From positions 1 through 48,812 of the forward strand of contig DAIPGK010000001.1 in the NCBI GenBank assembly GCA_036771895.1: 48,812 bases of DNA. Direction: 5' to 3'. The position numbers were made by a program, and so were the translations under genes. The DNA comes from Dermatophilaceae bacterium (GTDB lineage Bacteria > Actinomycetota > Actinomycetes > Actinomycetales > Dermatophilaceae). The notes under the pieces were generated by a model. It made no database searches, had not been told where the DNA came from, and saw only the letters and a program-made list of their open reading frames with translations. Shown one piece after another: positions 17,281 through 26,283 of this stretch; position 1 is the first letter of the stretch, and the number at the start of each line of letters is the position of its first letter.

Positions 17281-17688
17281 ATGTCTGCGCATACCCTGCG
17301 GGTGCCGTGGAGCATGAGCTCTGAGGTGGACGTGCGTCGTGCGGTGGTCCTTGAGCTGCATGCCCTGGAGGTGGACACAACCATCGTCGACGAGGCCGAG
17401 ATCGTGCTCTCCGAGCTGGTCGCCAACGCCGTTCGTCATGCCAAACCCCTGCCGGACGGAACGATCCGGGTGAGCTGGACGGTCAGGGCCGGCGTGGTCG
17501 AGGTCGAGGTCGCCGATGGTGGAGGACCCACCACCCCGCGTCCGGCACCGCGCGCGCTGTTGTCCGTCACTGGCCGGGGACTGCGGATCGTGCGCGGCCT
17601 CGCCCACGAGTGGGGAGTCCTGGAGGATCGCGGGGGGCGCACGGTCTGGGTCTCGCTCGGCGGCCCATCCCGCCGTCGAAGTCAGTGA
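17281..17688 (+). CDS. ATP-binding HATPase_c protein, RsbW-like anti-sigma factor/serine kinase
   Basis: ATG 17281 after GGGAGGGCGAGG. LSELVANAVRHA (N-box) and GRGLRIVRGLA (G-box). 135 aa. Confidence 0.75.
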   Translation: MSAHTLRVPWSMSSEVDVRRAVVLELHALEVDTTIVDEAEIVLSELVANAVRHAKPLPDGTIRVSWTVRAGVVEVEVADGGGPTTPRPAPRALLSVTGRGLRIVRGLAHEWGVLEDRGGRTVWVSLGGPSRRRSQ

Positions 17689-17736
17689 AACCCCGCCGCC
17701 TCCCGTCAGGGCAGTGGCGCACTAGGGTTGGCTAGT

Positions 17737-18645
17737 GTGGGCAAGGCATCCAGGCGTCGCAAGGTCGGCAGCGACAACGTGCGCGGGACGCGCACCGGGG
17801 AATTTGCCGCTGGACCAGCACCGTTCGTGGCCAGACCATTTGAGGGGATGACCGGCGAGACAGACTGGGTGGCAATGCGCGAGGTCGTTCCGGCGGCCAC
17901 CGCAACCGTGTCGTTCGCGGCTGGTGCAGTCGCCGCCGATGGCCCCCAAAGCGCGACCGTGGCAACGGTGTTGCCACTCGCCTGGTCGGGTCTGCACCGC
18001 GCTGACGGTGCCGTCATGGTCGCGCTCCAGTCCGGCTCGACCACGGGTGACGCCAGCCGCGATGTCGCCCAGGCGCTTCTGGCGACTGCGGCCGCGCAAC
18101 CCGGTATGCCGTTGCCGTCCGCGCCGCTTGCCACCGTTTCGACGCCGAGACTGCAGGATGTCCTGGACCCGGCGGCCCCGTTCGAGGTCACCGTTCACGA
18201 CGGTTTCGACTTCTGGGTGCCGGACAAAGGCGATCTCGATGACGCAGCCACGGAGTCCCTGGAGGGCGCGAACGCCTCGGTCATCCCGACAACCAAGCTG
18301 GATTCCGCGCCGTCGGCATACTGGTGCCGGGTCGGCGAACGCACCCACCTGCGTTGGGTGCTACCCCACGACGAGGATGCCGCCACGGATGCGCTCGCCC
18401 GGCTGCACGCAGCGTCTGCGGCGTCCCTGGGCGAGGGGACCCGGCTGCTCGGGGCCTTCCGGGCGTGCGGACTGCTGGTCCCGGTCTGGGACCTCGACCC
18501 GGGCCTGGCCGGTGCTGACTACGAGAACGCGCTGGCGCAGATGGCCGTGCGCCTCGATGACGCCCTGGCTCAAACCGGTGCCCTGAGCATCGAGGAACGG
18601 CGGGCCCGCTCGGGTCTGTTGAGTCGCCAGGTAACCCTGCGCTGA
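17737..18645 (+). CDS. conserved actinobacterial protein (DUF5926-like)
   Basis: ORF 17728..18645. Basic N-terminus GKASRRRK and C-terminal LLGAFRACGLLVPVWDL. Function unknown. Confidence 0.7.
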   Translation: MGKASRRRKVGSDNVRGTRTGEFAAGPAPFVARPFEGMTGETDWVAMREVVPAATATVSFAAGAVAADGPQSATVATVLPLAWSGLHRADGAVMVALQSGSTTGDASRDVAQALLATAAAQPGMPLPSAPLATVSTPRLQDVLDPAAPFEVTVHDGFDFWVPDKGDLDDAATESLEGANASVIPTTKLDSAPSAYWCRVGERTHLRWVLPHDEDAATDALARLHAASAASLGEGTRLLGAFRACGLLVPVWDLDPGLAGADYENALAQMAVRLDDALAQTGALSIEERRARSGLLSRQVTLR

Positions 18646-18656
18646 GGCCTAACGCA

Positions 18657-19511
18657 ATGAATCCCACGACGGTCGCCTCGGTCGCGGCGATCATCGCGGC
18701 CAAGGACGAAGCCGCGCGTATCGTCTCGACGATCTCTGCCGTGCGCCGGATCGACGGGGTCGACCTGGTGATCGTGGTGGATGACGGCAGCTCCGATGCG
18801 ACCGCGAAACTGGCGGCTGAGGCCGGCGCAGTCGTGGTCAGTCATGTCCGCAACCGCGGCAAGGCCGCCGCCATGACTACCGGTGCCCGCACTGCCGCCG
18901 ATGGGGACCGGCGCAACCCAGCGGCCTCCGGGCGGGCTCGTGAACTCCTGTTCATCGACGCCGATCTGGAGGACAGTGCCGCCAACATGGCCGTCTTGGT
19001 CGTGCCGGTCGCGTCCGGCGAGGCCGACATGACCATCGCGGTCCTGCCGCCGCAGCGAACCTCTGGGGGCGGTCACGGGTTCGTGGTGCGGCTGGCTCGC
19101 AGCGGTATTCAGACTCTTGCCGGCTGGAATTCCAGCCAGCCGCTGTCGGGCATGCGATGTCTGTCCCGCGAGGCGTTCGAGGCCGCCTCACCCTTGGCGC
19201 GGGGTTGGGGCGTCGAGGTCGGACTCACCATCGACGTTCTCGGCGCGGGTCTGCGAGTGCTCGAGGTCCCCTGCGAGCTTCAGCACCGGGTCACCGGCTC
19301 TGACTGGCGGGGCCAGGTCCACCGCGCCAGGCAGTATCGCGACGTCTGGCTTGCGCTCACCGTCCGTCGTGTCCGAGCCATGCACACCGTCCGCCGTGTC
19401 CGCGCCCTGCACACCGTCCGCCGTGTCCGCGCCCTGCACATTGTCCGCCGAGTCCGCGCCCTGCACATTGTCCGCCGAGTCCGCGGTGTCACAGCCAGAG
19501 GCCGACATTAA
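18657..19511 (+). CDS. glycosyltransferase family 2 with Arg-rich 9-aa repeat C-terminal tail
   Basis: AIIAAKDEAARI...VVDDGSSD...FIDADL GT-A motifs. The C-terminal 45 aa are repeats of TVRRVRA(L/M)H. Confidence 0.85.
   Translation: MNPTTVASVAAIIAAKDEAARIVSTISAVRRIDGVDLVIVVDDGSSDATAKLAAEAGAVVVSHVRNRGKAAAMTTGARTAADGDRRNPAASGRARELLFIDADLEDSAANMAVLVVPVASGEADMTIAVLPPQRTSGGGHGFVVRLARSGIQTLAGWNSSQPLSGMRCLSREAFEAASPLARGWGVEVGLTIDVLGAGLRVLEVPCELQHRVTGSDWRGQVHRARQYRDVWLALTVRRVRAMHTVRRVRALHTVRRVRALHIVRRVRALHIVRRVRGVTARGRH
19358..19492. repeat. 27-bp tandem repeat, 5 copies
   Basis: CACCGTCCGCCGTGTCCGCGCCCTGCA-type units at 19358, 19385, 19412, 19439 and 19466. Confidence 0.95.
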
Positions 19512-19533
19512 CGTCTCGCGCTCTGACAGGTCG

Positions 19534-21126
19534 GTGGGTCTGCTGCGCATGGTGGCGTTGACCCTCTCGTTCGCCCTGCTCCTGCTGGTGGCGGTGGCGG
19601 GGCCCTCGGCGGCGAGACCCGGTCTCGGCCCCCGGGGTTGGGCTCCGGGGAACCTGCCCATCTCGTTGTCCTCGGCCGTGGTCACCGCGGTCCTGTGGAC
19701 GGCATACCTGCTGGGGGCCCTGGCGGTTGCCGTGGGCCTGTGGGGCGGCTCGGGCAGCGGTCAGTCCTGGTCCTGGCGTTGGCCCCGGCCCTGGGTCCGC
19801 ACTGGTCATCTGCTCTGGCCCGTGGCGTTGGGGGCTCTGGCGCTCTTGACCGCGCCGATCGGCTCCGCCGACCACACCAACTACGCCGCCTACGGGCGGA
19901 TCGCGGCACAGGGCGGCGACCCTTACCTCGTTGCGCCGATCACCTGGGCCGGGGGGGCCGATCCGGTCACCAGTGCTGTCGAGCCGCCGTGGACGATGAC
20001 ACCGAGCGTCTACGGCCCTTTCGGGACGGCGTTGCAGACGCTGAGCTCCCTTGTCGGACAGGACAATCTGCGCCAGACCGTCTGGGTGTGGCAGCTGCTC
20101 ATCGTGGCAGCCTGGCTGCTCGTCCGGTTCCTGTTGCGCCGCGCGGCCGTCGATGACGTGGCTCGCGCCAGGGTCGACGTGCTGTGGACGGCGAACCCCG
20201 TCCTGTTCGGCGTTGCGGTGCTCGGTGCGCACGTCGATCTGATAGCGACGGCGCTGGCTCTGGCCGCGGTCTCCTTGGCGGCGCGCCGGCCCTGGATCGC
20301 CGGCCTGGTGCTCGGAGCGGCGGTCAGCACCAAGATCACCTACGGCATCGTGGGGCTGGCGATCCTGTGGTCCTGGCGTTCCCTGGCCCCAAGACCCTTG
20401 GTCCGCAACCTGATAGCGCTCGCGGTGTCGTCCCTGACGGTGTTCGTCTCCTTGCACGTCTGGGCGGGGCCCCATGTCTTCGAGCAGCTGCAGAAGGCTG
20501 GCAAGGGGGTCTCGTTGGCCACAGCCTGGCGCCCGGTCGTCAACCTGCTGTCCGCCGCGATGCCACTGGACGCCGCCCGCACGGTGGTGTCCGCGGCCTC
20601 CATCGTCGCGGTCATCGTGCTGGCGTGGGTGCTGTCACGTCTCGTGCCTTCGCGCTCAGCCACCCGGCAGGTCTCACCCATCCAGCAGGTCCCGACCACC
20701 CAACAGGTCCCGACCACCCAGCAGGTCCCGACCACCCAGCAGATCTCAGCCACCCAGCAGATCTCAGCCACCCAGCAGGCGCAGTCGGCCATGACCGCGA
20801 CGTTCGTGCTCGCCACGGCATACGCCCTGGGGGCTCCCTATGCCCTGCCCTGGTATGACGTGCTCACCTGGGCCACCCTCCCGCTGCTGCTTGCCACGAC
20901 TCTGGACGGGATCCTGCTGGCGCGATTGACAGTGATGGCCATGGCCTATGTCCCGGGCCGCGTGGTCGCCATGAGCCCTGACGTCGAGTCGCTGACACTG
21001 GGCTTCCGCAAGATCGTGGGTCCGCTGGCCGCGTGGCTGGTGTTGCTGGCTATCGCAGGAGTCGCGAGGCGTGGGTGGTCCCGGGTCCCGAAGGCCCCGC
21101 GACCCTCTCGTCCTCGAGCGTCCTGA
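19534..21126 (+). CDS. integral-membrane GT-C-type glycosyltransferase (DUF2029/MptB-like mannosyltransferase candidate)
   Basis: ORF 19117..21126 trimmed to GTG 19534 or ATG 19549 (MVALTLSFALLLL). Many TM helices. The extracytoplasmic loop ADHTNYAAYGRIAAQGGDPY resembles polyprenol-phosphate-sugar-dependent transferases. Confidence 0.65.
   Translation: MGLLRMVALTLSFALLLLVAVAGPSAARPGLGPRGWAPGNLPISLSSAVVTAVLWTAYLLGALAVAVGLWGGSGSGQSWSWRWPRPWVRTGHLLWPVALGALALLTAPIGSADHTNYAAYGRIAAQGGDPYLVAPITWAGGADPVTSAVEPPWTMTPSVYGPFGTALQTLSSLVGQDNLRQTVWVWQLLIVAAWLLVRFLLRRAAVDDVARARVDVLWTANPVLFGVAVLGAHVDLIATALALAAVSLAARRPWIAGLVLGAAVSTKITYGIVGLAILWSWRSLAPRPLVRNLIALAVSSLTVFVSLHVWAGPHVFEQLQKAGKGVSLATAWRPVVNLLSAAMPLDAARTVVSAASIVAVIVLAWVLSRLVPSRSATRQVSPIQQVPTTQQVPTTQQVPTTQQISATQQISATQQAQSAMTATFVLATAYALGAPYALPWYDVLTWATLPLLLATTLDGILLARLTVMAMAYVPGRVVAMSPDVESLTLGFRKIVGPLAAWLVLLAIAGVARRGWSRVPKAPRPSRPRAS
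20665..20790. repeat. 18-bp tandem repeat, 7 copies (CAGCAGGTCCCGACCACC)
   Basis: Units every 18 bp from 20665. Encodes QQVPTT x3 and QQISAT x2 plus degenerate flanking units. Confidence 0.95.
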
Positions 21127-23299
21127 GGGCGATCGCGAGCACCAGCGGAACGGCCAGGGTGCCGCCGACGGCGGGGATCGCCGCCCCCGAGTCGTTGAGC
21201 GCAAAGCCGAGCACCCACATGACCAGGACCGCGATGAGTCCCGACCGCAGCAGCTGGACCCGCCCGAAGGACCGACGTAGTGGGCCCGCTGCCCGGGAGG
21301 TCGGCCGGGCGAGGATGGCGGCCAACATGACGAGACCGACCGGGACGAGCAGCGACAGCGGCTGGCCGAACAGAAGCGTGATGTTCTGGTCGAGCTTGCG
21401 GACGATGATGTCCCAGGCGCCACCGTCGATGGCGGTCTGCACGAATCTGCCCAGGTGCGAACGGGACTCGGCCGGACGGAGCCAGTCCAGCAGGCCCAGG
21501 ACGACGAGGAACACCCCGATCCCACCACCGATGGCCAGCGACCGGCGCCAGGTCAGCCTGATCTGCAGAATCGTCAGGACCAGGAGGATCACGCCGGGCA
21601 GGAGTGCCGGGGGCCCACCGATGTCGCTGCCCCACGACGGCGACATGTCGACGACGACGGCGACCAGCCCGATTCCGGCCACCGCGGCGGCGGCGATGCG
21701 GGGTCGCCGGATCGTGATCAGGTGGTTGCCCACCGCGGTGCAGAGCATCAGCGTTGCGGTGGCAAACAATGCGAACGTCACATTGCCCATCCCGTAGAAC
21801 CGGCCCCCGATGACAGGTTGCAGGCCCAGCAGTGAGGAGAGCTGCAGCCGTGACCCGGTCATCACGTCGAGCGCCAGGACGGCCATCGTCGCCACGCACA
21901 CCACGGCCGGCGGCCCGAACAGCCGTCGCCGCCACGGCCCCAGGAGAGCCAGGGAAGAGATGGCAGTGCTGAACAGCGCAACGGAGGCGACCACACTGAC
22001 CAAGGGCACCGAGAAGCGCCACCACGGCAGGAGGTTGGCCAGGAACGTCGACACCGGAACCGTCGCAGCAATGGTGGCTATCCGGCGGGTGACCCCCAGA
22101 AGCTGGTGGCGCTGGGCCCCGGTGCCCCACCCGCGCTTCCAGAGCACGGCGGCGATCAGATACAGCGCCACCTGGAGCAGGACCCATCCGTAGAAGAACG
22201 GTTCGACGAGGCTGTGAACCTTGTGCGAGGCCTCGTCGTAGTCAAGCAGAGCCGTACGACGCTCGACGGCCGACTTCTCGGAGTTCCCGCCTGCGGGCAC
22301 GAACCGCAGTGGGGTGCCGCCCAGACTCTGCGGCGCCGGGATGCCCAGACGTTCAAGAATGGTCGGTGTCAGATCCGTGAGCTGTACGAGCCCCGGCTGT
22401 CGCGTCGAGCTCGACTCCAGCGTTCCGGCACCGAAGTGCGGCCCGGTCACGGTGATCAGGCGCAGGCGCGCGGTGACTCCCGCGTCGGCCAGGCTGGCAA
22501 GCAGAACATCCGTCCCTGCGGGTGCGGCCTTGAGCACGGCGGCAACCCGGGCGTCGACGGCCATGACCTGCTGGGTACGACTGGTCGTCGGGCGTTGCTC
22601 ATCGTGGGGGTCCACGTCGGCCGGGTCGCGGACCGGACCGACGTCGATCAGGGTTGCCGGACACCTGGCCAGAGCGGTGGCCAGGGTCGAGTCGTCGAAC
22701 GCCTGGTATCGGTCCACCATCCCGTTGGCCCGGGCTGCGCCCAGTGCCGCGCCGGGGCCGACGGCCTGGAGGCAGCCGCCGTGGCTGGCAATCTGGTCGC
22801 CGAGCAGACCGAGCGGGGCATCGAACCTGGTGGCCGCGGCTGCCGCGAGGTACCCATCCCACTGCGGCACCCTGCCCGCCGTCATTCGTTCGGGCAGGGC
22901 GTGACACGGCGGCCTGGCACCATCGGGTCCGCTGCTGCCACCGCCGCCCTTGTCGCTCTCGCCGGCTTGCTCCCCGGCGGAAAGGGTCAGCCAGCCGTCC
23001 ACCGGACAGGTGTTGGCGTGGACCGCGTGGACCGTCAGAGTGGCGGTCGCGCCGTCCCGTAGCAAGGACCACAGGGCCGGCGTCGACCGTGCCGAGACGT
23101 CACTCCACGACAACCCGCCGGTTCCGATGACCACCACGGATCCGGTGAGGTCCTTGGTGGCAGCCATGGGGACCCTGCCCACTGATGAGGCGGTTCCTGC
23201 TGATGATGCCGAGGTGAGAGAGCCGACCGCCAAAGTGATCAGCAGCAGAGTGGCCAGCAGCACGGCAGCCGCGGCGGCGGGCAGTCGGCGTCGAGTCAC
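21050..23299 (-). CDS. large membrane protein: N-terminal extracytoplasmic domain plus polytopic C-terminal domain, function unknown
   Basis: ORF 21050..23350. GTG 23299 (VTRRRLPAAAAAVLLATLLL signal/anchor) avoids overlap with the upstream gene. The C-terminal half has about 10 hydrophobic segments. Confidence 0.7.
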   Translation of the reverse strand: MTRRRLPAAAAAVLLATLLLITLAVGSLTSASSAGTASSVGRVPMAATKDLTGSVVVIGTGGLSWSDVSARSTPALWSLLRDGATATLTVHAVHANTCPVDGWLTLSAGEQAGESDKGGGGSSGPDGARPPCHALPERMTAGRVPQWDGYLAAAAATRFDAPLGLLGDQIASHGGCLQAVGPGAALGAARANGMVDRYQAFDDSTLATALARCPATLIDVGPVRDPADVDPHDEQRPTTSRTQQVMAVDARVAAVLKAAPAGTDVLLASLADAGVTARLRLITVTGPHFGAGTLESSSTRQPGLVQLTDLTPTILERLGIPAPQSLGGTPLRFVPAGGNSEKSAVERRTALLDYDEASHKVHSLVEPFFYGWVLLQVALYLIAAVLWKRGWGTGAQRHQLLGVTRRIATIAATVPVSTFLANLLPWWRFSVPLVSVVASVALFSTAISSLALLGPWRRRLFGPPAVVCVATMAVLALDVMTGSRLQLSSLLGLQPVIGGRFYGMGNVTFALFATATLMLCTAVGNHLITIRRPRIAAAAVAGIGLVAVVVDMSPSWGSDIGGPPALLPGVILLVLTILQIRLTWRRSLAIGGGIGVFLVVLGLLDWLRPAESRSHLGRFVQTAIDGGAWDIIVRKLDQNITLLFGQPLSLLVPVGLVMLAAILARPTSRAAGPLRRSFGRVQLLRSGLIAVLVMWVLGFALNDSGAAIPAVGGTLAVPLVLAIALRTLEDERVAGPSGPGTTHASRLLR

Positions 23300-23321
23300 G
23301 GGAGACAGGCTACGGGTCGGT

Positions 23322-23939
23322 TCAGGGCAGGACAGAGAGGTTGGCGACATGCAGCAGGGACGCCGAGGCGAGCAACAGACACAGTCCCCCGCCGACCCTG
23401 CGGATCGTGGCCAGCCTCATCCGCTTGAGCAGGGCCCGACCCAGCACCGCGCCCAGCGCCGACACCGTGGCGAGGGCAAGGAAGGCCCCGACCCCGACCG
23501 ACACCGGGTCCCCGTACTTCACGACCAGCCCGGCGGTCAACAGCTGCGACAGGTCACCCCACTCGGCGACGAAGAGCACCAGGAAGCTGGCCGCGACAGC
23601 CCGCAGGCCGTGGATACCGGCCTTGGTCTTGGCCTCGAACTCATGCTCGGTCTCGGCCTCCTCGGCGTCGGCCTTGCCGGCCCCGAGGATCAGGATCAGG
23701 CCGCCGACCAGGAACATCAGGCCGGCGAAGATCTCGACCGGCGTGCGTGGCAGGTGACCGATCAGACCGCCCAGCGTCACCGCCACGACGGTCTGCACCG
23801 CGAAGGCCGCGCTCACCCCGACCCAGACCGGCAACGGCTTGTATCGCGTGGCCAGAACCAGCGTCGCGACGAACGTCTTGTCGGGCAGCTCAATGGGGAA
23901 GATCAGCAGGAACGCGGTGGCGGCAATGGCGAGGCTCAT
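23322..23939 (-). CDS. TMEM165/GDT1 (UPF0016) family divalent-cation (Mn2+/Ca2+) transporter
   Basis: ORF trimmed to ATG 23939 (MSLAIAATAF). Two E-x-G-D-(K/R)-(T/S)-type motifs, ELPDKTF and EWGDLSQ. Confidence 0.8.
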   Translation of the reverse strand: MSLAIAATAFLLIFPIELPDKTFVATLVLATRYKPLPVWVGVSAAFAVQTVVAVTLGGLIGHLPRTPVEIFAGLMFLVGGLILILGAGKADAEEAETEHEFEAKTKAGIHGLRAVAASFLVLFVAEWGDLSQLLTAGLVVKYGDPVSVGVGAFLALATVSALGAVLGRALLKRMRLATIRRVGGGLCLLLASASLLHVANLSVLP

Positions 23940-24090
23940 GGTGAGGTCGAGCCTAGCGATCGGGCCGCGTACCTGGCTCGGGTATGACTCGTGTGCAGGC
24001 GGGCCTGCAACTGGCTCTCGCGCTGGACTGCCCGGATGGCCAAGACCGAACCGTTTGGTCACGGTCCACGTCGCCCGTCACAATCGATGT

Positions 24091-24636
24091 ATGGAGATCC
24101 CGGAGACCATCGATGCCGGCCCGATCACGTTGCAGCGGTGGACGGTTGACCGCGTCGACGACCTTCACCAGGCGATCCGCGAGTCCCTGCCCGAGCTGGT
24201 GCGTTTCATGCCCTGGGCCACCGCGGACTACGACCTCGATGCCACGAAGGCCTTCCTCGAGCGGTCGCACAGCGAATGGGACGACGGCGAGAACTTCAAC
24301 TACGCCATGCTCACTCCCGAGCACCACGTCGTGGGCGCATGCGGCCTCATGTCTCGTCAGGGACCGGGCGTCTTCGAGATCGGATACTGGGTTCACAGCG
24401 CGCGCGCCGGCAAGGGCTATGCCACCGCCGCCGCGTTGGCCCTCACCGAGGCAGGCTTCGCCCTGCCCGGCATCGATCGCATCGAGATCCACCACGACGT
24501 CGACAATCCGGCATCAGGACGGGTCGCAGCAAAGGCGGGATTCCACGAGCAGGGCCCGATCGAGGTGGAGACGAAGGCACCCGGCCAGTCCGGCACTCAC
24601 CTCGTGTGGGCACGCCGCCGTCCGCAGCTGACCTGA
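24091..24636 (+). CDS. GNAT family N-acetyltransferase (RimJ/RimL-like)
   Basis: ATG 24091. EIGYWVHSARAGKGYATAAA acetyl-CoA-binding motif. Confidence 0.8.
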   Translation: MEIPETIDAGPITLQRWTVDRVDDLHQAIRESLPELVRFMPWATADYDLDATKAFLERSHSEWDDGENFNYAMLTPEHHVVGACGLMSRQGPGVFEIGYWVHSARAGKGYATAAALALTEAGFALPGIDRIEIHHDVDNPASGRVAAKAGFHEQGPIEVETKAPGQSGTHLVWARRRPQLT

Positions 24637-24785
24637 CCGGTCATCGGTTGGGCCACCGCGCGCCGAGGTGACAACCCGCAATACGCTTGCGGTCGTGGAC
24701 CTGGGCCCGGCGGCCACAGCGAGGTCACGTTGACACCCGAGCAGCAGCAGGCGTGAGCCGTTGCCCGAACCGGAAAGGGCGCCAC

Positions 24786-25724
24786 ATGAGCACGCGATAT
24801 GGATTCCTGGGTCCCACAGGCACCTTCACCGAGATGGCACTGCGTCAAAGCTCCCAGTTCGCCAATGCGGACGACGCCGAACGGATCCCGTTCGCCTCCG
24901 TCGACGCCGCTCTCGCAGCCCTGCGCGCGGGCGATCTCGACGCCGCGATGGTGCCGATCGAGAACTCCGTGGAGGGCGGGGTCAGCGCCACGCTGGACGC
25001 ACTGGCCAGTGGGGACCCCCTCGTGGTGATCGGCGAGCAGGTCGTCCCGATCACCTTCGTCCTGGCGGCGCCAACCGGTATTGCGCTCGCCGATATCCGC
25101 ACCGTGTCCACCCATCCGCACGCGTGGGCTCAGGTGCGGGCCTGGATGCGCGCACACCTTCCGGACGTGGACTACCTGCCCGGGGCGTCCACGGCCGCGG
25201 CCGCAGCGGGGCTGGTGGGTGGGCGGCCGGCATACCAGGCTGCGGTCTGTGCGCCAGTGGCCGCGGCCAACCATCGGCTCATGGTCCTGCAGGAGGACAT
25301 CGGCGACAACAGTGGGGCCGTGACTCGGTTCGTGCTCGTTTCCCGGCCCGGTCAGCCGCCCGCGCCGACCGGGGCCGACAAGACCTCGGTCGTGCTGTTC
25401 CAGCGCGAGGACCACCCCGGTGGCCTGCTCGAGCTGCTCGAACAGTTCGCCACCCGTGGCATCAACCTGACGCGGATCGAGTCCCGCCCCAACGGTGGCC
25501 GACTTGGCGACTACTGTTTCTCGATCGACTGCGAGGGGCACGTCAACGACGAGCGGGTTGGCGAGACGCTGATGGGACTTCGAAGGGTGTGCGCTGAAGT
25601 CCGTTTTCTTGGGTCCTATCCGCGGGCCGACGGCGTCGAGGCGCAGGTGTCGTATGGCACTGGCGACCGGGACTTCGTCGGCGCGCGGGACTGGCTGCAG
25701 AGTTTGCGCAGCCCTTCGTTCTGA
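24786..25724 (+). CDS. pheA: prephenate dehydratase
   Basis: ATG 24786 (MSTRYGFLGPTGTFTE). PDT domain plus C-terminal ACT domain (TRFVLV...ESRP). Confidence 0.9.
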   Translation: MSTRYGFLGPTGTFTEMALRQSSQFANADDAERIPFASVDAALAALRAGDLDAAMVPIENSVEGGVSATLDALASGDPLVVIGEQVVPITFVLAAPTGIALADIRTVSTHPHAWAQVRAWMRAHLPDVDYLPGASTAAAAAGLVGGRPAYQAAVCAPVAAANHRLMVLQEDIGDNSGAVTRFVLVSRPGQPPAPTGADKTSVVLFQREDHPGGLLELLEQFATRGINLTRIESRPNGGRLGDYCFSIDCEGHVNDERVGETLMGLRRVCAEVRFLGSYPRADGVEAQVSYGTGDRDFVGARDWLQSLRSPSF

Positions 25725-25729
25725 GACCG

Positions 25730-25815
25730 GCGCTTGATGCCCCGAAACCACCGTTTCGCCGAGCCCGGCCCCGACATTCGGTGGTTTGGGCGCAACAAGC
25801 GGAGGGGGTGAAGGG
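25730..25815 (-). repeat. dispersed ~85-nt imperfect-palindrome element, copy B (inverted relative to copy A)
   Basis: Arms GCTTGATGCCCCGAAACCAC (25732-25751) and GTGGTTTGGGCGCAACAAGC (25781-25800), with flank GGAGGGGGTGAAGG. Lies between the convergent pheA and SRPBCC genes. Confidence 0.75.
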
Positions 25816-25830
25816 ACGATGTGAGCAAAG

Positions 25831-26280
25831 TCAGGGACGCGGGCTGGCCAGGTATCCGCTCAGGCCGCGTTCGCCGGATCGCATCATGTGGGCGTGGTTG
25901 CCGCACAGCAGCGGCCGGATGGCGAAGGGCACTCGTTGCAGCATGGGTGCGGTGACCTCGACCTCCTGACTGAACTGGGCGCGCGTGCCGGCCCCTTCGG
26001 AACTGAACTGCCAGGCGCACCAACCCCGCAGATCTCCGTCGACGTTCACCCGCAGGATTCCGTGTGCCTCGTCCTGGACAGCGCGGACCAGGAGAAGTTC
26101 GAGGGTGTACGGCAGCAGGCTGCGGATCCGTACCCGCCCGCTGTCGTCATCGATCCGGTGGATCTCGCGGATCTGCGGCCACCAGAGCAGGTAGCTGTCG
26201 ACGTCGGCCAGCGCGGCGTACACCTGCTCGCGCGGGGCGTGAAGGTGCCACAGGTTGTCGAAGCGGTATTGCGCGGGCAT
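25831..26280 (-). CDS. SRPBCC (START/polyketide cyclase-like) family protein
   Basis: 149-aa ORF starting 3 nt after the lipid kinase stop. AALADVDSYLLWWPQI pattern typical of the family. Confidence 0.7.
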   Translation of the reverse strand: MPAQYRFDNLWHLHAPREQVYAALADVDSYLLWWPQIREIHRIDDDSGRVRIRSLLPYTLELLLVRAVQDEAHGILRVNVDGDLRGWCAWQFSSEGAGTRAQFSQEVEVTAPMLQRVPFAIRPLLCGNHAHMMRSGERGLSGYLASPRP

Positions 26281-26283
26281 CGG

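Noticed and set aside
23940-24090. Possible yybP-ykoY (Mn2+) riboswitch upstream of the GDT1/TMEM165-family transporter
   Set aside because: I read the minus-strand leader and did not find the conserved GGGGAGTAG or TTGACATAC-type blocks. It would need cmsearch with RF00080 to exclude formally.
24637-24785. Attenuator, leader peptide or T-box upstream of pheA, and likewise upstream of serS at 27385-27513
   Set aside because: There is no Phe-rich leader ORF and no T-box specifier/antiterminator motif. The ORF covering the pheA leader (MRSWTWARRP...) has no Phe codon run.
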